Shown: piece after piece, positions 32,072-42,315 of the stretch
Position numbering within the stretch: position 1 is the stretch's first letter
How the letters are laid out: each line of letters opens with the position of its first letter
Assembly: GCA_905187695.1 (NCBI GenBank)
Contig: CAJJIY010000002.1
Location: 46-64,045 of the forward strand
Length of the DNA stretch: 64,000 nucleotides
Direction of reading: 5' to 3'
Origin: an uncultured Eubacteriales bacterium
Lineage (GTDB): Bacteria > Bacillota > Clostridia > Oscillospirales > CAG-272
Notes under the pieces: generated by a model
Told to the model about the DNA's origin: nothing
Database searches by the model: none
Seen by the model: only the letters and a program-made list of their open reading frames with translations
Made by a program: the position numbers and the translations under genes

Positions 32072-33118
32072 ATGGCAATTGTGGCAATTATCGGCGCGGG
32101 CATGATGGGCAGTGCGCTCGCCTTTCCCGCCAGAGAAAACGGGAACGAAGTCCGGCTGTGCGGGACGCATCTGGACAAAGAAATTATTGATGTCTGCCGG
32201 AAAACCGGACGGCATCCGAAATTTGAAAAGGACTTCCCGGCGGGCGTTTCCTATTATCAGATTGAAGAACTGGAAACAGTCATCCGGGGGGCGGATCTCG
32301 TCATCTGCGGCGTCTCCAGTTTCGGCGTTTCCTGGTTTTCGGATTTTGTCCTGCCCAAAATTCCGGACGGGACGCCGGTTTTGAGCGTCACGAAAGGCCT
32401 GATGGACACGCCGGATGGAAAACTGCTTTGCTATCCGGAACTTTGGCAGCAAAAGCTGGACGCCATCGGAAGCCGAGTGGAACTGAACGCGATCGGCGGC
32501 CCCTGCACCAGCTATGAACTGGTGGCACACGACCAGACCGAGGTCGCCTTCTGCGGGAAAAACATGGAGACGCTGAAAAAACTCAAAAAGATCCTGCAAA
32601 CGGATTATTATCACATCAGTCTCTCTACCGATGTTGTGGGCATCGAATCGGCCGTGGCGCTCAAAAACGGCTATGCGTTGGGGATTGCGCTGACGATCGG
32701 ACTCAACCGTCGCTTCTTCGGAAACGATACCCTGCACTTCAATTCTCAGGCAGCCGTTTTCGGGCAGGCGGCCAAAGAAATGGCCAGACTGTTGACCTAT
32801 CAGGGGGCCGGGACACTGGAAAATCTGTGCGTGGGCGTGGGCGATCTTTATGTAACGGTATACGGCGGGCGCACGCGCCTGGTCGGAATCCTGCTGGGTG
32901 AAGGACTGACGATTGACGAAGCAAAAGAAAAGCTGAACGGCGTCACGCTGGAATCCCTGGTGGTGGCAGAGCGTGTGGCCAGAGCCGTTCGCGTGGCAGC
33001 GCAAAAACAGTTGCTTTCTCTTGCCGACTTCCCGCTTTTGTGCGAGGTGGATTCCATTATCACCGACAAAAAGCCGGTAGACATCCCCTTTGAAAAGTTC
33101 ACTTTCGTGCATGAATAA
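32072..33118 (+). CDS. NAD(P)H-dependent glycerol-3-phosphate dehydrogenase family protein (GpsA-like paralog)
   Basis: Rossmann motif IIGAGMMGSALA and GpsA-like core (GGPCTSYE, LKNGYALG). ATG at 32072 after AAGGAGAAAAAATC. Confidence 0.75.
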   Translation: MAIVAIIGAGMMGSALAFPARENGNEVRLCGTHLDKEIIDVCRKTGRHPKFEKDFPAGVSYYQIEELETVIRGADLVICGVSSFGVSWFSDFVLPKIPDGTPVLSVTKGLMDTPDGKLLCYPELWQQKLDAIGSRVELNAIGGPCTSYELVAHDQTEVAFCGKNMETLKKLKKILQTDYYHISLSTDVVGIESAVALKNGYALGIALTIGLNRRFFGNDTLHFNSQAAVFGQAAKEMARLLTYQGAGTLENLCVGVGDLYVTVYGGRTRLVGILLGEGLTIDEAKEKLNGVTLESLVVAERVARAVRVAAQKQLLSLADFPLLCEVDSIITDKKPVDIPFEKFTFVHE

Positions 33119-33160
33119 AATGCTTTGACGGGCAAGCGAAGATAAAGCGCTAACAAAAAA

Positions 33161-33196
33161 GGAGCGGGGGTTTCACCGCTCCCTTTTCTCTTTTTT
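33161..33196 (+). terminator. Rho-independent terminator
   Basis: GGAGCGG (33161-33167) / CCGCTCC (33176-33182), followed by CTTTTCTCTTTTTT. Confidence 0.75.
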
Positions 33197-33215
33197 CCGG
33201 AATTTCGTTTTGCAC

Positions 33216-33244
33216 TTGAAATTCATGGGGGTATCGGTTATAAT
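33216..33244 (+). promoter_or_regulatory. Sigma-A promoter of ribF
   Basis: TTGAAA (33216-33221), 17-nt spacer, TATAAT (33239-33244). Confidence 0.55.
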
Positions 33245-33264
33245 AAACAAAGCGGAGGTGCAAA

Positions 33265-34197
33265 ATGAAGATCATCAACTTAAAACATCCGGAAAAAGAA
33301 ATGTCCCTCTTCAGGGGCTGTGGCCTTTGCCTTGGCCATTTCGACGGCCTGCATATCGGGCATCGGGCGCTCATTGAAGAACTGAAGCGCATTTCAGGAG
33401 GATTCCGGCCTCCCCTGCCGCTTGGAGCACTTTGCTTTTCAAAGCCCCCCGCTTTTTATCTTTCAAGAAATCCGGCACCGCAACTGACAACGCTGAAAGA
33501 AAAGCTGATGCTTTTGCGCCAGGCAGGGCTTTCTTTCGTAATTCTTTATGATTTTCCGGAAATCATGTCCTATTCTCCGGAAGAATTCGTCAAACACATT
33601 CTTATCAAAGACTGCGCCTGTCAGACTGTGACCTGCGGGTTCAACTATACATTCGGCGCGGGCGGCGCGGGGACGCCGACAATGCTGGCCGATCTGTTTG
33701 AGAAGAAGATCGGGCGGAAAATCTCGGTCGTCGGCCCGGTCCTGCATGCGGGGCGGCCGGTCTCTTCGACCGGAATCCGCAAACTTCTGGAACAAGGGCG
33801 GGTCAAAGAGGCCACGCTCCTGTTGGGCCGCCCGTATTTTATCACGGGGACCGTGCAAAGCGGCCGCCATGTCGGGCACACCATGGACGCACCGACAGCC
33901 AATCTGCTCTTTCCGCCGGAAAAACTGATCCCCAAACACGGCGTTTACGCCAGCCGTGTGAAAATCGGCCGGAAAACCTATAATGCGCTGACCAACATCG
34001 GCGTACGCCCCACTTTTGATGACGGAGACACCGTCACCTGCGAGACCTTTGTGCTCAATTATCACGGCGATCTTTATGGTCGGCCACTCCAGGTGGATCT
34101 GCTCGGATACATCCGGCCGGAAAAGCGTTTCAGCGATCCTTCCCTTTTGGAATATCAAATCAAGGATGACATTGAAAGCGCCGATGCGTTTTTCTGA
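33265..34197 (+). CDS. ribF: Bifunctional riboflavin kinase / FMN adenylyltransferase
   Basis: GxFDGxHxGH motif (GHFDGLHIGH) and C-terminal riboflavin kinase domain (GRxxGxPTANL-like HTMDAPTANL). 310 aa. Confidence 0.93.
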   Translation: MKIINLKHPEKEMSLFRGCGLCLGHFDGLHIGHRALIEELKRISGGFRPPLPLGALCFSKPPAFYLSRNPAPQLTTLKEKLMLLRQAGLSFVILYDFPEIMSYSPEEFVKHILIKDCACQTVTCGFNYTFGAGGAGTPTMLADLFEKKIGRKISVVGPVLHAGRPVSSTGIRKLLEQGRVKEATLLLGRPYFITGTVQSGRHVGHTMDAPTANLLFPPEKLIPKHGVYASRVKIGRKTYNALTNIGVRPTFDDGDTVTCETFVLNYHGDLYGRPLQVDLLGYIRPEKRFSDPSLLEYQIKDDIESADAFF

Positions 34198-34372
34198 CAA
34201 AAACAGCGTTTTCCATTTTCCATTTTTATTTTCCAGATATTTTTTTAAAATTTCTTTTTTACCGATATGAAGTCCCAATTTTCGACTCAAAAATTCGGAT
34301 TTTGACACTTTTCAGCACAAATGAGTTTTTAAAGCAAAAAATCGTTCGATCTGTTGCGAATGGCACGCCGCC

Positions 34373-34520
34373 CGATTCCCCTTCGGCAAAAAGAAAAGCC
34401 CCCCAAAGGGGAATCGTCTCGCGCCCGCGGCGCTCGGTCAGGCTCGGCTCTGACATGCCACCGGCATGTCATTCACCACCGACCCGTTCGATTCCCCATT
34501 CGGCAAAAAGAAAAGCCCCC
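34373..34520. repeat. Direct repeat of ~31 nt (2 copies, ~116 nt apart) in the 3' flank of tRNA-Ala
   Basis: CGATTCCCC-TTCGGCAAAAAGAAAAGCCCCC (34373-34403) against CGATTCCCCATTCGGCAAAAAGAAAAGCCCCC (34489-34520); one indel. Confidence 0.8.
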
Positions 34521-34541
34521 TTTTGGGGGGCTTTTCTTTTT
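34505..34541. terminator. Long bidirectional terminator abutting the tRNA 3' end
   Basis: ~16-bp stem AAAAAGAAAAGCCCCC / GGGGGCTTTTCTTTTT with a 5-nt loop. Confidence 0.8.
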
Positions 34542-34617
34542 TGGTGGAGCATAGGGGATTCGAACCCCTGACCCCAACACTGCCAGTGTTGTGCGCTCCC
34601 AACTGCGCTAATGCCCC
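34542..34617 (-). tRNA. tRNA-Ala (anticodon GGC), CCA encoded
   Basis: Hand-folded cloverleaf, 76 nt. Acceptor GGGGCAT/ATGCTCC with G3:U70, D-stem GCGC/GCGC, anticodon stem CAACA/TGTTG with loop CTGGCAG, T-arm AGGGG-TTCGAAT-CCCCT, A73, CCA. Confidence 0.93.
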
Positions 34618-34754
34618 GCGAACGATGACATTATAGCAGATTCTCTTCCGCTTGTCAAGGGCTTTTCAGTAAAAAATCACCTTTCTGGCAAAAAACGCGC
34701 AAAAGAGAAAAAAACCCGGAAAACTGCGCGTTTTCCGGGATTTTTGACAGGTCT

Positions 34755-36257
34755 TTATACGGGTTTGTTGGTCGTTTTAAGCAACACATCGTGTGCGCCG
34801 CCCTCGACAATACTCACCGAAGATACCAGCGTCAGTTTGGCTTTTTGCTGAAGTTCCGGAATGGTGAGCGCACCGCAGTTGCACATGGTGGAGCGCACCT
34901 TGGCGAGACTCTGCTGCACATTGTCGGAGAGCTTGCCCGCATAGGGGACATAGGAATCCACGCCTTCCTCAAAGGAAAGTTTGGCGCTGCCGCCCAGGTC
35001 ATACCGCTGCCAGTTGCGGGCGCGGTTACTTCCCTCTCCCCAATATTCCTTCATAAGCGTGCCGTTGACATTGACCTTTGCCGTGGGGCTTTCATCAAAG
35101 CGGGCAAAATAGCGCCCCAACATGATAAAGTCCGCGCCCATGGCCAATGCCAGCGTCATATGATGGTCATGCACAATGCCGCCATCCGAGCAGACCGGCA
35201 CATAAACACCGGTTTCTTTAAAATACTCATCGCGCGCACGGCATACATCAATCAGGGCCGTCGCCTGTCCGCGGCCAATGCCCTTGGTTTCACGGGTGAT
35301 ACAGATTGAGCCGCCGCCAATGCCGACTTTGATAAAGTCTGCGCCGCAATCGGCAAGGAAACGGAAACCTTCCGCATCCACCACATTTCCGGCACCGACT
35401 TTTACACTGTCGCCGTATTTTTCACGAATAAAAGCAATGGTGCGACGCTGCCATTCGGAATAGCCCTCCGAGGAATCGATGCACAGCACATCGACTCCGG
35501 CCGCAAGCAGTGCCGGCACCCGCTCGGCATAGTCGCGCGTGTTGATGCCCGCACCGACCATATAGCGCTTTTTGCTGTCCAAAAGCTCGTTCGGGTTCTT
35601 TTTGTGCTGATCATAGTCTTTACGGAAAACAAAATAGGAAAGCCGACCGTCCGCCGTCAGAATCGGAAGCGAGTTCAGTTTGTGGTCCCAGATAATATCG
35701 TTGGCTTCCTTCAGAGTGGTGCCGTCCGGTGCGGTAATGAGTTTTTCAAGCGGGGTCATAAAAGTGGAAATGCGCTCGTCGGGCGCCATGCGGCTGACCC
35801 GGTAATCCCGGCCGGTGACAATGCCGACCAGGCGGCCGTTCGGCGTGCCGTCATCGGTAATGGCCACGGTGGAGTGCCCGGTGGCGGCCTTCAGTGACAA
35901 CACATCCGCAAGCGTCTGATCCGGACGCAGATTGGAATCGCTGCGCACAAATCCGGCCTTGTGTCCTTTGACGCGGGCAACCATTGCGGCTTCATCTTCA
36001 ATCGACTGCGAGCCGTAAATGAAGGAAACGCCGCCCTCCACAGCCAGCGCCACAGCCAGTTTATCATCCGACACCGACTGCATAATGGCCGAGACCAACG
36101 GAATATTAAGCGAAATGGCCGGTTCTTCCCCGCGCCGGTACCGGACCAGCGGCGTTTTCAGTGAAACATTGGAGGGAATGCAATCGCCGGAAGAAAATCC
36201 GGGAACCAGCAGATATTCGTTAAAAGTGTGTGAAGGTTCTTCGTAATAGAAGGCCAT
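34755..36257 (-). CDS. guaB: IMP dehydrogenase
   Basis: 500 aa with a CBS-pair insertion and the catalytic loop [13 protein letters not shown]. Confidence 0.9.
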   Translation of the reverse strand: MAFYYEEPSHTFNEYLLVPGFSSGDCIPSNVSLKTPLVRYRRGEEPAISLNIPLVSAIMQSVSDDKLAVALAVEGGVSFIYGSQSIEDEAAMVARVKGHKAGFVRSDSNLRPDQTLADVLSLKAATGHSTVAITDDGTPNGRLVGIVTGRDYRVSRMAPDERISTFMTPLEKLITAPDGTTLKEANDIIWDHKLNSLPILTADGRLSYFVFRKDYDQHKKNPNELLDSKKRYMVGAGINTRDYAERVPALLAAGVDVLCIDSSEGYSEWQRRTIAFIREKYGDSVKVGAGNVVDAEGFRFLADCGADFIKVGIGGGSICITRETKGIGRGQATALIDVCRARDEYFKETGVYVPVCSDGGIVHDHHMTLALAMGADFIMLGRYFARFDESPTAKVNVNGTLMKEYWGEGSNRARNWQRYDLGGSAKLSFEEGVDSYVPYAGKLSDNVQQSLAKVRSTMCNCGALTIPELQQKAKLTLVSSVSIVEGGAHDVLLKTTNKPV

Positions 36258-36295
36258 GTGCGATTCTCCTTATCTTTTAACTGTAAATTGTAATT

Positions 36296-36324
36296 ATTAT
36301 ACTCTATTTCCCGGCATTTTTCAA
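36296..36324 (-). promoter_or_regulatory. Sigma-A promoter of guaB
   Basis: On the minus strand: TTGAAA (36324-36319), 17-nt spacer, TATAAT (36301-36296). Confidence 0.6.
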
Positions 36325-36401
36325 GAGGGGCACGATAGTTTTTTCAGCTTTTTCAAAAAAAGAGAGACGGTCATCGCCCGATAACCGTCCCTGTTCCTTT
36401 T

Positions 36402-37880
36402 TTAGAGCAATATGCAAAGAAGTCCGTTGCTTCCCTCGTTGATGATGCGCGAGAGCGTTTCCGAAAGCTTTTGACGGGCGTCTTCCGGCATATGTGCCAG
36501 TTTTTCATTCAGGCTGTCTCCCACCAGTTCATAAAGACTGCGCCCGAAAAAGTTGGATTCCCAGATGCCGTCCGGCTCTTCCTCCAGTTTGGAAAGCACC
36601 GTATGCAAAAAATCTTCCGACTGTTGTTCCGTGCCGACGATCGGACTGATCTCAGCCGTGATATCGGTGCGGATCATGTGAATGGATTTTGCGCCCGCAC
36701 GCAACCGGACTCCCCAGCCCCCGGACTGTTTTACCACGCTGGGCTGTTCGAGATGCAGATCTTCTTTTTCGGGCATAACAATGCCGTATCCCGTGGTTTC
36801 AGCGGCGGTCAGTGCCGATTCGATCCGTTCGTATTTACGCCGGATTTCCGAAAGTTCCTGAACCAGTGAGAAGAGTGCGCCCTCTTCTTTGATCTCTTCT
36901 CCGGCCATTTCGGAAAGCAGGCCGAAATAAAGTGACTGCGGGAATTTCACATCCAGCGTGGCCCGGCCGTTCCCCATGTCCAGCGTTGTTACCTGAACGG
37001 CTTCGACACTCGGATTCTCGGAAAGTTTCTCAAACACAGCAGAAACTTCTCCCATCCGCCTGACCTCTCCGGCAAGACGGCAGATCTCTTCCGTCACTGA
37101 GAGACGGATCGGATGATCTTCCGGCAAAGCCGAAAGGAAGGAAGGCATATTGATACCCAATGAATCCACCGGGAATTCAGCCAGTACCATGGAGAGGATC
37201 CCGCGGATATCTTCCGCATCCAGCGTCAGGCAATTGACCAATGCCACCGGCACGCCGTACTTTTCCTCCAGATTCTCAGCCAGTGCAATACTTTCTTCTC
37301 TGGTCGGATCGGCGGCGTTCAGAATGATGGCAAACGGTTTTCCGAGTTCCTTGAGCTCGTTGACCAGACGCTCCTCGGCTTTGACATAATCTTCCCGCCC
37401 GATCTCTCCCACCGTGCCGTCCGAACTGACCAGCATTCCGATGGTGGCGTGTTCGCTCATCACTTTCTGCGTGCCGAGTTCAGCCGCCTCCTCAAAAGGC
37501 ATCGGCGCTTCCTGCCAAGGGGTATGTACCATGCGCACCGCACCGTTCTCCGTCCCGCCCAGCGCAGCCGGAATCATATAGCCGACGCAATCGATCATTT
37601 TCACACGAAGCGTGGCCCCATCCGAAAGCGTCAGCGAAACCGCCTCGTCCGGTACAAATTTAGGCTCGGTCGTCATCACGGTCACGCCGGCGGCGCTTTG
37701 GGGCATTTCGTCCCGTGCCCGCTCCCGGCTGTACCCTTCTCCCATATTGGGAAGCACCAGTTCATTCATAAACCGCGTGATGAAGGTGGATTTTCCGCTC
37801 CGTACCGGTCCGACCACGCCGATATAAATATCGCCGCCCGTGCGCTTGGCTATATCCCCGTAAATTGATTTTTCTGCCAT
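36402..37880 (-). CDS. spoIVA: Stage IV sporulation protein A (spore coat morphogenetic ATPase)
   Basis: Characteristic N-terminus IYxDIAxRTxGDIYIGVVGPVRxGKSTFI. 492 aa. Confidence 0.95.
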   Translation of the reverse strand: MAEKSIYGDIAKRTGGDIYIGVVGPVRSGKSTFITRFMNELVLPNMGEGYSRERARDEMPQSAAGVTVMTTEPKFVPDEAVSLTLSDGATLRVKMIDCVGYMIPAALGGTENGAVRMVHTPWQEAPMPFEEAAELGTQKVMSEHATIGMLVSSDGTVGEIGREDYVKAEERLVNELKELGKPFAIILNAADPTREESIALAENLEEKYGVPVALVNCLTLDAEDIRGILSMVLAEFPVDSLGINMPSFLSALPEDHPIRLSVTEEICRLAGEVRRMGEVSAVFEKLSENPSVEAVQVTTLDMGNGRATLDVKFPQSLYFGLLSEMAGEEIKEEGALFSLVQELSEIRRKYERIESALTAAETTGYGIVMPEKEDLHLEQPSVVKQSGGWGVRLRAGAKSIHMIRTDITAEISPIVGTEQQSEDFLHTVLSKLEEEPDGIWESNFFGRSLYELVGDSLNEKLAHMPEDARQKLSETLSRIINEGSNGLLCILL

Positions 37881-37981
37881 ACCTTTCTCCTCGCTTCCCG
37901 CGTAATATCGCTACATTCTATGAGGTGGCAGAACGGATTATGACGAAAAGAAAAAGGAGGACTTTCCCCCCTTTTTCCGAT

Positions 37982-38341
37982 TTAATTGTTTTTTGTTCCG
38001 TTTGCGTCGGGCAAAGTCTCTTCCTTTGCACCGGGAAGCGCCGCGGGTGTTTCCTTTCCGGAAAGAGCCAACGGTTCTTCCCTGCCCGCAAGTACCGGCG
38101 TTTCAGGAGGGGCGGAAAGCTCTGCCGGCGCCTTTGACGCTTCGCCGGCAGATTCCGGCACATCAGCGCTTTCGGCTTTTTCTTTTTTCTCCTGCGTCCC
38201 TTCGCTCTTTTTGGCATTCATTCGGCTGAGAAGCCCGACAACCAGTGCAACAAGGAAAACCAGGATCAGCGTGATCCCGGCCGCCGCCGGTGAGGAAATA
38301 AGGGCCAGCGCGCCAAAAAACAAGACTACGGTATTCATCAT
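37982..38341 (-). CDS. Hypothetical small membrane protein with a low-complexity acidic/Pro-Ala tail
   Basis: AAGGAGG RBS. One or two N-terminal TM helices. Co-oriented between the desulfurase gene and spoIVA. Confidence 0.55.
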   Translation of the reverse strand: MMNTVVLFFGALALISSPAAAGITLILVFLVALVVGLLSRMNAKKSEGTQEKKEKAESADVPESAGEASKAPAELSAPPETPVLAGREEPLALSGKETPAALPGAKEETLPDANGTKNN

Positions 38342-38350
38342 TGACCTCCT

Positions 38351-39514
38351 TTAATGGCGGATTCGGATAAGATCCGTGAGACCCGAATGAAGCGCTGCAA
38401 GCAGTTTCTCCACTTCTTCTTCCGTGTTTTGCGGAGAAAAACTTACCCGGATGGTGGTATCGGCCGCGCGGGGCGAAAGACCGAATGCCAGCAACGAGGC
38501 GCTGGGATGCCGCTCGTGAGAAGAACAGGCCGAACCGCTGGAAACGGCAATGCCTGCCCGCGAAAGGAAATGAAGCACCGTTTCGCTTTTGATATCCGGC
38601 ATTGTGAGACTGACAATGTGCGGTGCGCAGACAGGGGGACGGTTCACCCTGATTTCTGTCCCGGCAAGACCGGCAATCAGCTTTTTTGAAAGCGCACGCA
38701 TATGTTCGACATCCGCGCGGAAAGTTGCCGCGCCGGCTGTGGCCGCGGCGGCAAACCCGGCAATTCCGACCGTATTTTCCGTGCCGGAACGAAGTCCGCC
38801 CTCCTGCCCGCCGCCGAAGAGAACCGGCGAAAGACTCTTTCCGCTCAGAACCGCGCGGGAAAGTGCCAACGCGCCCACGCCCTTGGGTCCGCCGATTTTA
38901 TGCGCACTGACCGTGAGCAGATCCGCGCCCAGCGTGTCAAAGGAAAACGGCACCTTCAAAAAGGCCTGCGTCGCGTCGCAATGGCAAAGACAGCGGGGAT
39001 TTTTTTCGTGCGCCATCCGGAAGAGTTCTTCCACCCGGTAACGCGCTCCCGTCTCATTGTTGACAAGCATGGCCGTCACCATAAAAAGAGAGCTGTCCAG
39101 ATAGGGTTCCGCGGCCGAAAGATCCAGTTCGCCCCCCCGGGTGGACAGACGCACTACGCGGTATCCTTCTTTCTCCAGCCGGCGAAGATTGTTTTCCACC
39201 GAAGGATGCTCCGAATCGGTGGAAAGAACGGTGCGCTCCCCTTTTTTCGGTTTGGCCGCGGCGACACCGCAGACGGCCAGCGTGTTGGCTTCTGTACCGC
39301 AACCGGTAAAAATAAGCTGACCGGCCGTGGCGTCCCTCATTCCCAGCGCCGCGCAGACGGCCGCGCGATCGTTTTTCAGCCGGGCGGCCGCGTCCGCGCC
39401 GCTTTCATGCAAAGAAGAAGGATTGCCATAGTGCTCCATGGCATTCGTCATGGCCGCGCGTGCCGCTTTGCAAAGCGGGGTGGTGGCGCTGTTATCCAGA
39501 TAGATCCGGTTCAT
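38351..39514 (-). CDS. Cysteine desulfurase (NifS/IscS-type class V aminotransferase)
   Basis: PLP-lysine motif SAHKIGGPKG and active-site SSGSACSS. The ATG at 39514 follows AGGTGA; the ORF track starts at GTG 39523. Confidence 0.9.
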   Translation of the reverse strand: MNRIYLDNSATTPLCKAARAAMTNAMEHYGNPSSLHESGADAAARLKNDRAAVCAALGMRDATAGQLIFTGCGTEANTLAVCGVAAAKPKKGERTVLSTDSEHPSVENNLRRLEKEGYRVVRLSTRGGELDLSAAEPYLDSSLFMVTAMLVNNETGARYRVEELFRMAHEKNPRCLCHCDATQAFLKVPFSFDTLGADLLTVSAHKIGGPKGVGALALSRAVLSGKSLSPVLFGGGQEGGLRSGTENTVGIAGFAAAATAGAATFRADVEHMRALSKKLIAGLAGTEIRVNRPPVCAPHIVSLTMPDIKSETVLHFLSRAGIAVSSGSACSSHERHPSASLLAFGLSPRAADTTIRVSFSPQNTEEEVEKLLAALHSGLTDLIRIRH

Positions 39515-39519
39515 CGAAA

Positions 39520-40032
39520 TCACCTGAAAACAAAGTTGGCCGCAATGGAATCCACTTCTTCTGTATGCGCGGCATAAAGATCTGCCGGAGCGGTATAGGT
39601 CAGAATATAGATATAGTTCCCGTCCGTGGCCAGGATCTGCCGGAGCTGATAAAGTTTCCCGTCCATGGTCAGCGAAAAGACATATTCTTTGGCGTCCTTG
39701 CCGCCCAATTTTGCATCCGCACCGTCTGTCAGAAGCGTGTAATCTTTGAAATTTTCACTGTAAGATGTGCGGCAGGAAGCATCGAAATAACCGGCCGGAG
39801 AAAGCGGCGTATCCGGCAGATAAAGCGTAAGGGTGACATTGGCGCCGTCAGAGGCCTTTGCGCCCGAAATACCGGAATCGGAGGTGGAAGTCCAGGCATC
39901 CGGCACATAGAGATGAAACCGGGCGTTTTCATGCGCCACATCTTTCATGCCGTCCGGCGCATCGGTTTTAGCGCAGGCACAAAACGCAAAAAGACAGCAC
40001 AGTGCCAGCAAAACAAGGCAAAACTTTTTCAT
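39520..40032 (-). CDS. Secreted protein or lipoprotein of unknown function
   Basis: N-terminal signal peptide MKKFCLVLLALCCLFAFCAC with a Cys-containing end (non-canonical lipobox). Confidence 0.65.
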   Translation of the reverse strand: MKKFCLVLLALCCLFAFCACAKTDAPDGMKDVAHENARFHLYVPDAWTSTSDSGISGAKASDGANVTLTLYLPDTPLSPAGYFDASCRTSYSENFKDYTLLTDGADAKLGGKDAKEYVFSLTMDGKLYQLRQILATDGNYIYILTYTAPADLYAAHTEEVDSIAANFVFR

Positions 40033-41318
40033 TTTCTTTCCTCTTTTTCTTCGATTTTGCCCTCGGCAAGATAGGTCGCGGCGGCGCTGAGAATTCCGAT
40101 GCGGCCGCTTTCAAAAGTGAGACCGCCCTGCAGATACGCCGTATAAGGCGGACGAAGCGGGCCGTCAGCCGAAAGTTCCAGCGAGGAACCCTGTACAAAA
40201 GCTCCCGCGGCCATAATCACATCGTCCTGATAGCCGGGCATGGCATAAGGGACGGGAGTGACATAAGCGTCGACCGGCGAACCGGCCTGAATACCGCGGC
40301 AAATGGCGCAAAGCCCCTCCCGGCTTCCGGTGATAACCGTCTGTATGATATCGGAGCGCGGCTCGTCATAGGCAGGGTCAACCCGGCAACCCAATTTTTC
40401 AAAAATGTAGGCGGCGAAATGAGCGGTTTTGAGCGCTTCGGCCACCGTGTGCGGTGCAAAGAAAAGACCGCGGAAAAGATTCTTGTTCTGAGAAAGGCTT
40501 GCGCCCTCCTCCAGCCCGATGCCGGGACAGGTCAGGCGGTAGGAAGCCAGTTCCACTGCCCGGCGCGTGCCGGCAAGATATCCGCCGGAGGCGGCCATTC
40601 CGCCGCCGGGATTCTTGATGAGGGATCCCACCGTGAGATCCGCTCCCACGGCAGGTGGTTCCACGGTTTCCGTAAATTCACCGTAACAGTTGTCCACCAT
40701 GAGAAAAGCGTCCGGGCGGATGGATTTGACCAACCGCGCCGCCTGACCGATCTCATCCACCGTCAGCGTCCGACGCAGTAAATAGCCCTTGGAGCGCTGA
40801 ATGAAGACCACCTTGACCCGCGCACCTTCCTCGGATTCAAGAAATGCGCGAAGAGCGGGCAGATCCAGCGTTTTGCCTTCTTTCATTTCGATTTGCCGGT
40901 ACGAAACGCCGAAATCGGCAAGCGAGCCATTCCCCGCTTCCCCGGCAAGACCGATGACCTCGGATAACGTATCATAAGGCTTTCCGGCCGCGGACAGCAG
41001 AATATCGCCCGGCCGCAGAAGCCCGAAAAGGCCAATGGTCAGCGCGTGTGTGCCGCTGACGATACTGTGCCGCACAAAAGCCGCTTCCGCGCCCATCACC
41101 CGGGCAAAAACCGCATCCAGCGTATCCCGGCCGCGGTCATCATAGCCGTATCCGTCCGTACTGCCAAAGCAGGCCGCGTCCACGCGGTGCGCGGCAAAAG
41201 CCGAAAGAACCCGTGCCGTGTTTTCACGGCTGACCCGGGCAATGGCCTCAAAACGCGGCCGGAGCGCTTCATCGGCTTCATCGGCAAGCGCAAGAAGCTT
41301 TTCGTCAAAATTCATCAT
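40029..41318 (-). CDS. YnbB-like PLP-dependent enzyme (Met_gamma_lyase / aluminium-resistance family)
   Basis: 429 aa. Family-typical blocks GSTDGYGYDDxGRDTLD and GSLIKNPGGG. Confidence 0.8.
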   Translation of the reverse strand: MMNFDEKLLALADEADEALRPRFEAIARVSRENTARVLSAFAAHRVDAACFGSTDGYGYDDRGRDTLDAVFARVMGAEAAFVRHSIVSGTHALTIGLFGLLRPGDILLSAAGKPYDTLSEVIGLAGEAGNGSLADFGVSYRQIEMKEGKTLDLPALRAFLESEEGARVKVVFIQRSKGYLLRRTLTVDEIGQAARLVKSIRPDAFLMVDNCYGEFTETVEPPAVGADLTVGSLIKNPGGGMAASGGYLAGTRRAVELASYRLTCPGIGLEEGASLSQNKNLFRGLFFAPHTVAEALKTAHFAAYIFEKLGCRVDPAYDEPRSDIIQTVITGSREGLCAICRGIQAGSPVDAYVTPVPYAMPGYQDDVIMAAGAFVQGSSLELSADGPLRPPYTAYLQGGLTFESGRIGILSAAATYLAEGKIEEKEERK

Positions 41319-42313
41319 TTGCCTCCGAGATAAGCAAGAACTAGATCAGCCGCCGCGCGCACATCCGTAAGATCCAGCACTTCGTTTCCGCTGTGAATAT
41401 AGCGGCAGGGAATGGAGATTGCACCGGCACGACAACCCAAACGGGCGGCCTGAATGGCGCTGGTGTCGGTTCCGCCGTAAGGCAGGATCTCGCTTTGCAC
41501 CGGGATCTTCTTTTCCTTTCCGAGTGCGAGCAGTTCCGATACCAGCGCGGCATCGCAAATAACCGAGCGGTCCTTGATCTTCACGGCCGCGCCGCCGCCC
41601 AGCTTCACGGCCATGGGCGTGGCACCCGGCAGATCGCCGGTACCGGTCACATCAAAAGTAAAGGAAACATCCGGTTCCGTGCGATAGGCGGCCGTGCCTG
41701 CGCCGCGGCAACCGACCTCTTCCTGAACCGAGAAAACCAAACTCAGATCATCCGCCGGTGCGGGCAGTTCTCGCGCCACCGCAAGCAATATGGCGCAACC
41801 CACCCGGTCATCCAACGGGCGGCCTGCCACCCGGTTCCCGGAAAGCCGGTAAAGATGCGGACGGAGCGCGCAGGCGTCTCCGATCTTCACGCGGCGCCCG
41901 GCCGCTTTCTGATCGGAAGCGCCGATGTCGACAAAACACTTGTCGGCGCGGGGCGCCTTGTCGCGATCCGTGCCGGCTTCGGCAGCCAGCACGCCGACCG
42001 TGCCGTTGCCGAAGACTACCTCCGAACCGACCGCTGCCGTATAATCGATCCCGCCGATCGGCGCAATCCGGACAAGACCGTTCTCCTCAATGAAAGTCAC
42101 CAAAAAACCGATTTCATCCATATGCGCGTTCAGCAATACGCGGCGCGGATTTTTGCCGGTTCCCTTTTTTTCGCAAATGAGGTTTCCCATCGCGTCGGTA
42201 TAGACTTTATCGCAAAGCGGTGTCATTTCGCGTGCAAGAATTTCGCGGATGGGGCCCTCCAGCCCGGAAACCGAGGGGGTAACGGGCAACAGTTCTTTCA
42301 GTGTACGGTACAT
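41315..42313 (-). CDS. M42-family metallopeptidase (TET aminopeptidase / FrvX-like), copy 3
   Basis: NAHMDEIGFLVT motif. About 330 aa. Confidence 0.85.
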   Translation of the reverse strand: MYRTLKELLPVTPSVSGLEGPIREILAREMTPLCDKVYTDAMGNLICEKKGTGKNPRRVLLNAHMDEIGFLVTFIEENGLVRIAPIGGIDYTAAVGSEVVFGNGTVGVLAAEAGTDRDKAPRADKCFVDIGASDQKAAGRRVKIGDACALRPHLYRLSGNRVAGRPLDDRVGCAILLAVARELPAPADDLSLVFSVQEEVGCRGAGTAAYRTEPDVSFTFDVTGTGDLPGATPMAVKLGGGAAVKIKDRSVICDAALVSELLALGKEKKIPVQSEILPYGGTDTSAIQAARLGCRAGAISIPCRYIHSGNEVLDLTDVRAAADLVLAYLGGK

Positions 42314-42315
42314 TT

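Noticed and set aside
30381-33112. Long ORFs 30381-31568 (+) and 31895-33112 (-)
   Set aside because: They are antisense to the DeoR regulator and the GpsA-like gene respectively. Neither has motifs. The opposite-strand genes have clear family signatures and RBSs.
34480-34500. GTTCGATTCC T-loop-like sequence in the tRNA flank as a tRNA fragment or second tRNA
   Set aside because: The flanking 5-mers (ACCCG / CCCCA) cannot form a T-stem, and no acceptor or anticodon arms can be drawn.
34302-34571. 89-aa plus-strand ORF
   Set aside because: It runs through the direct repeats, the terminator and into the tRNA gene. Pro/Arg/Ser-rich with no RBS.
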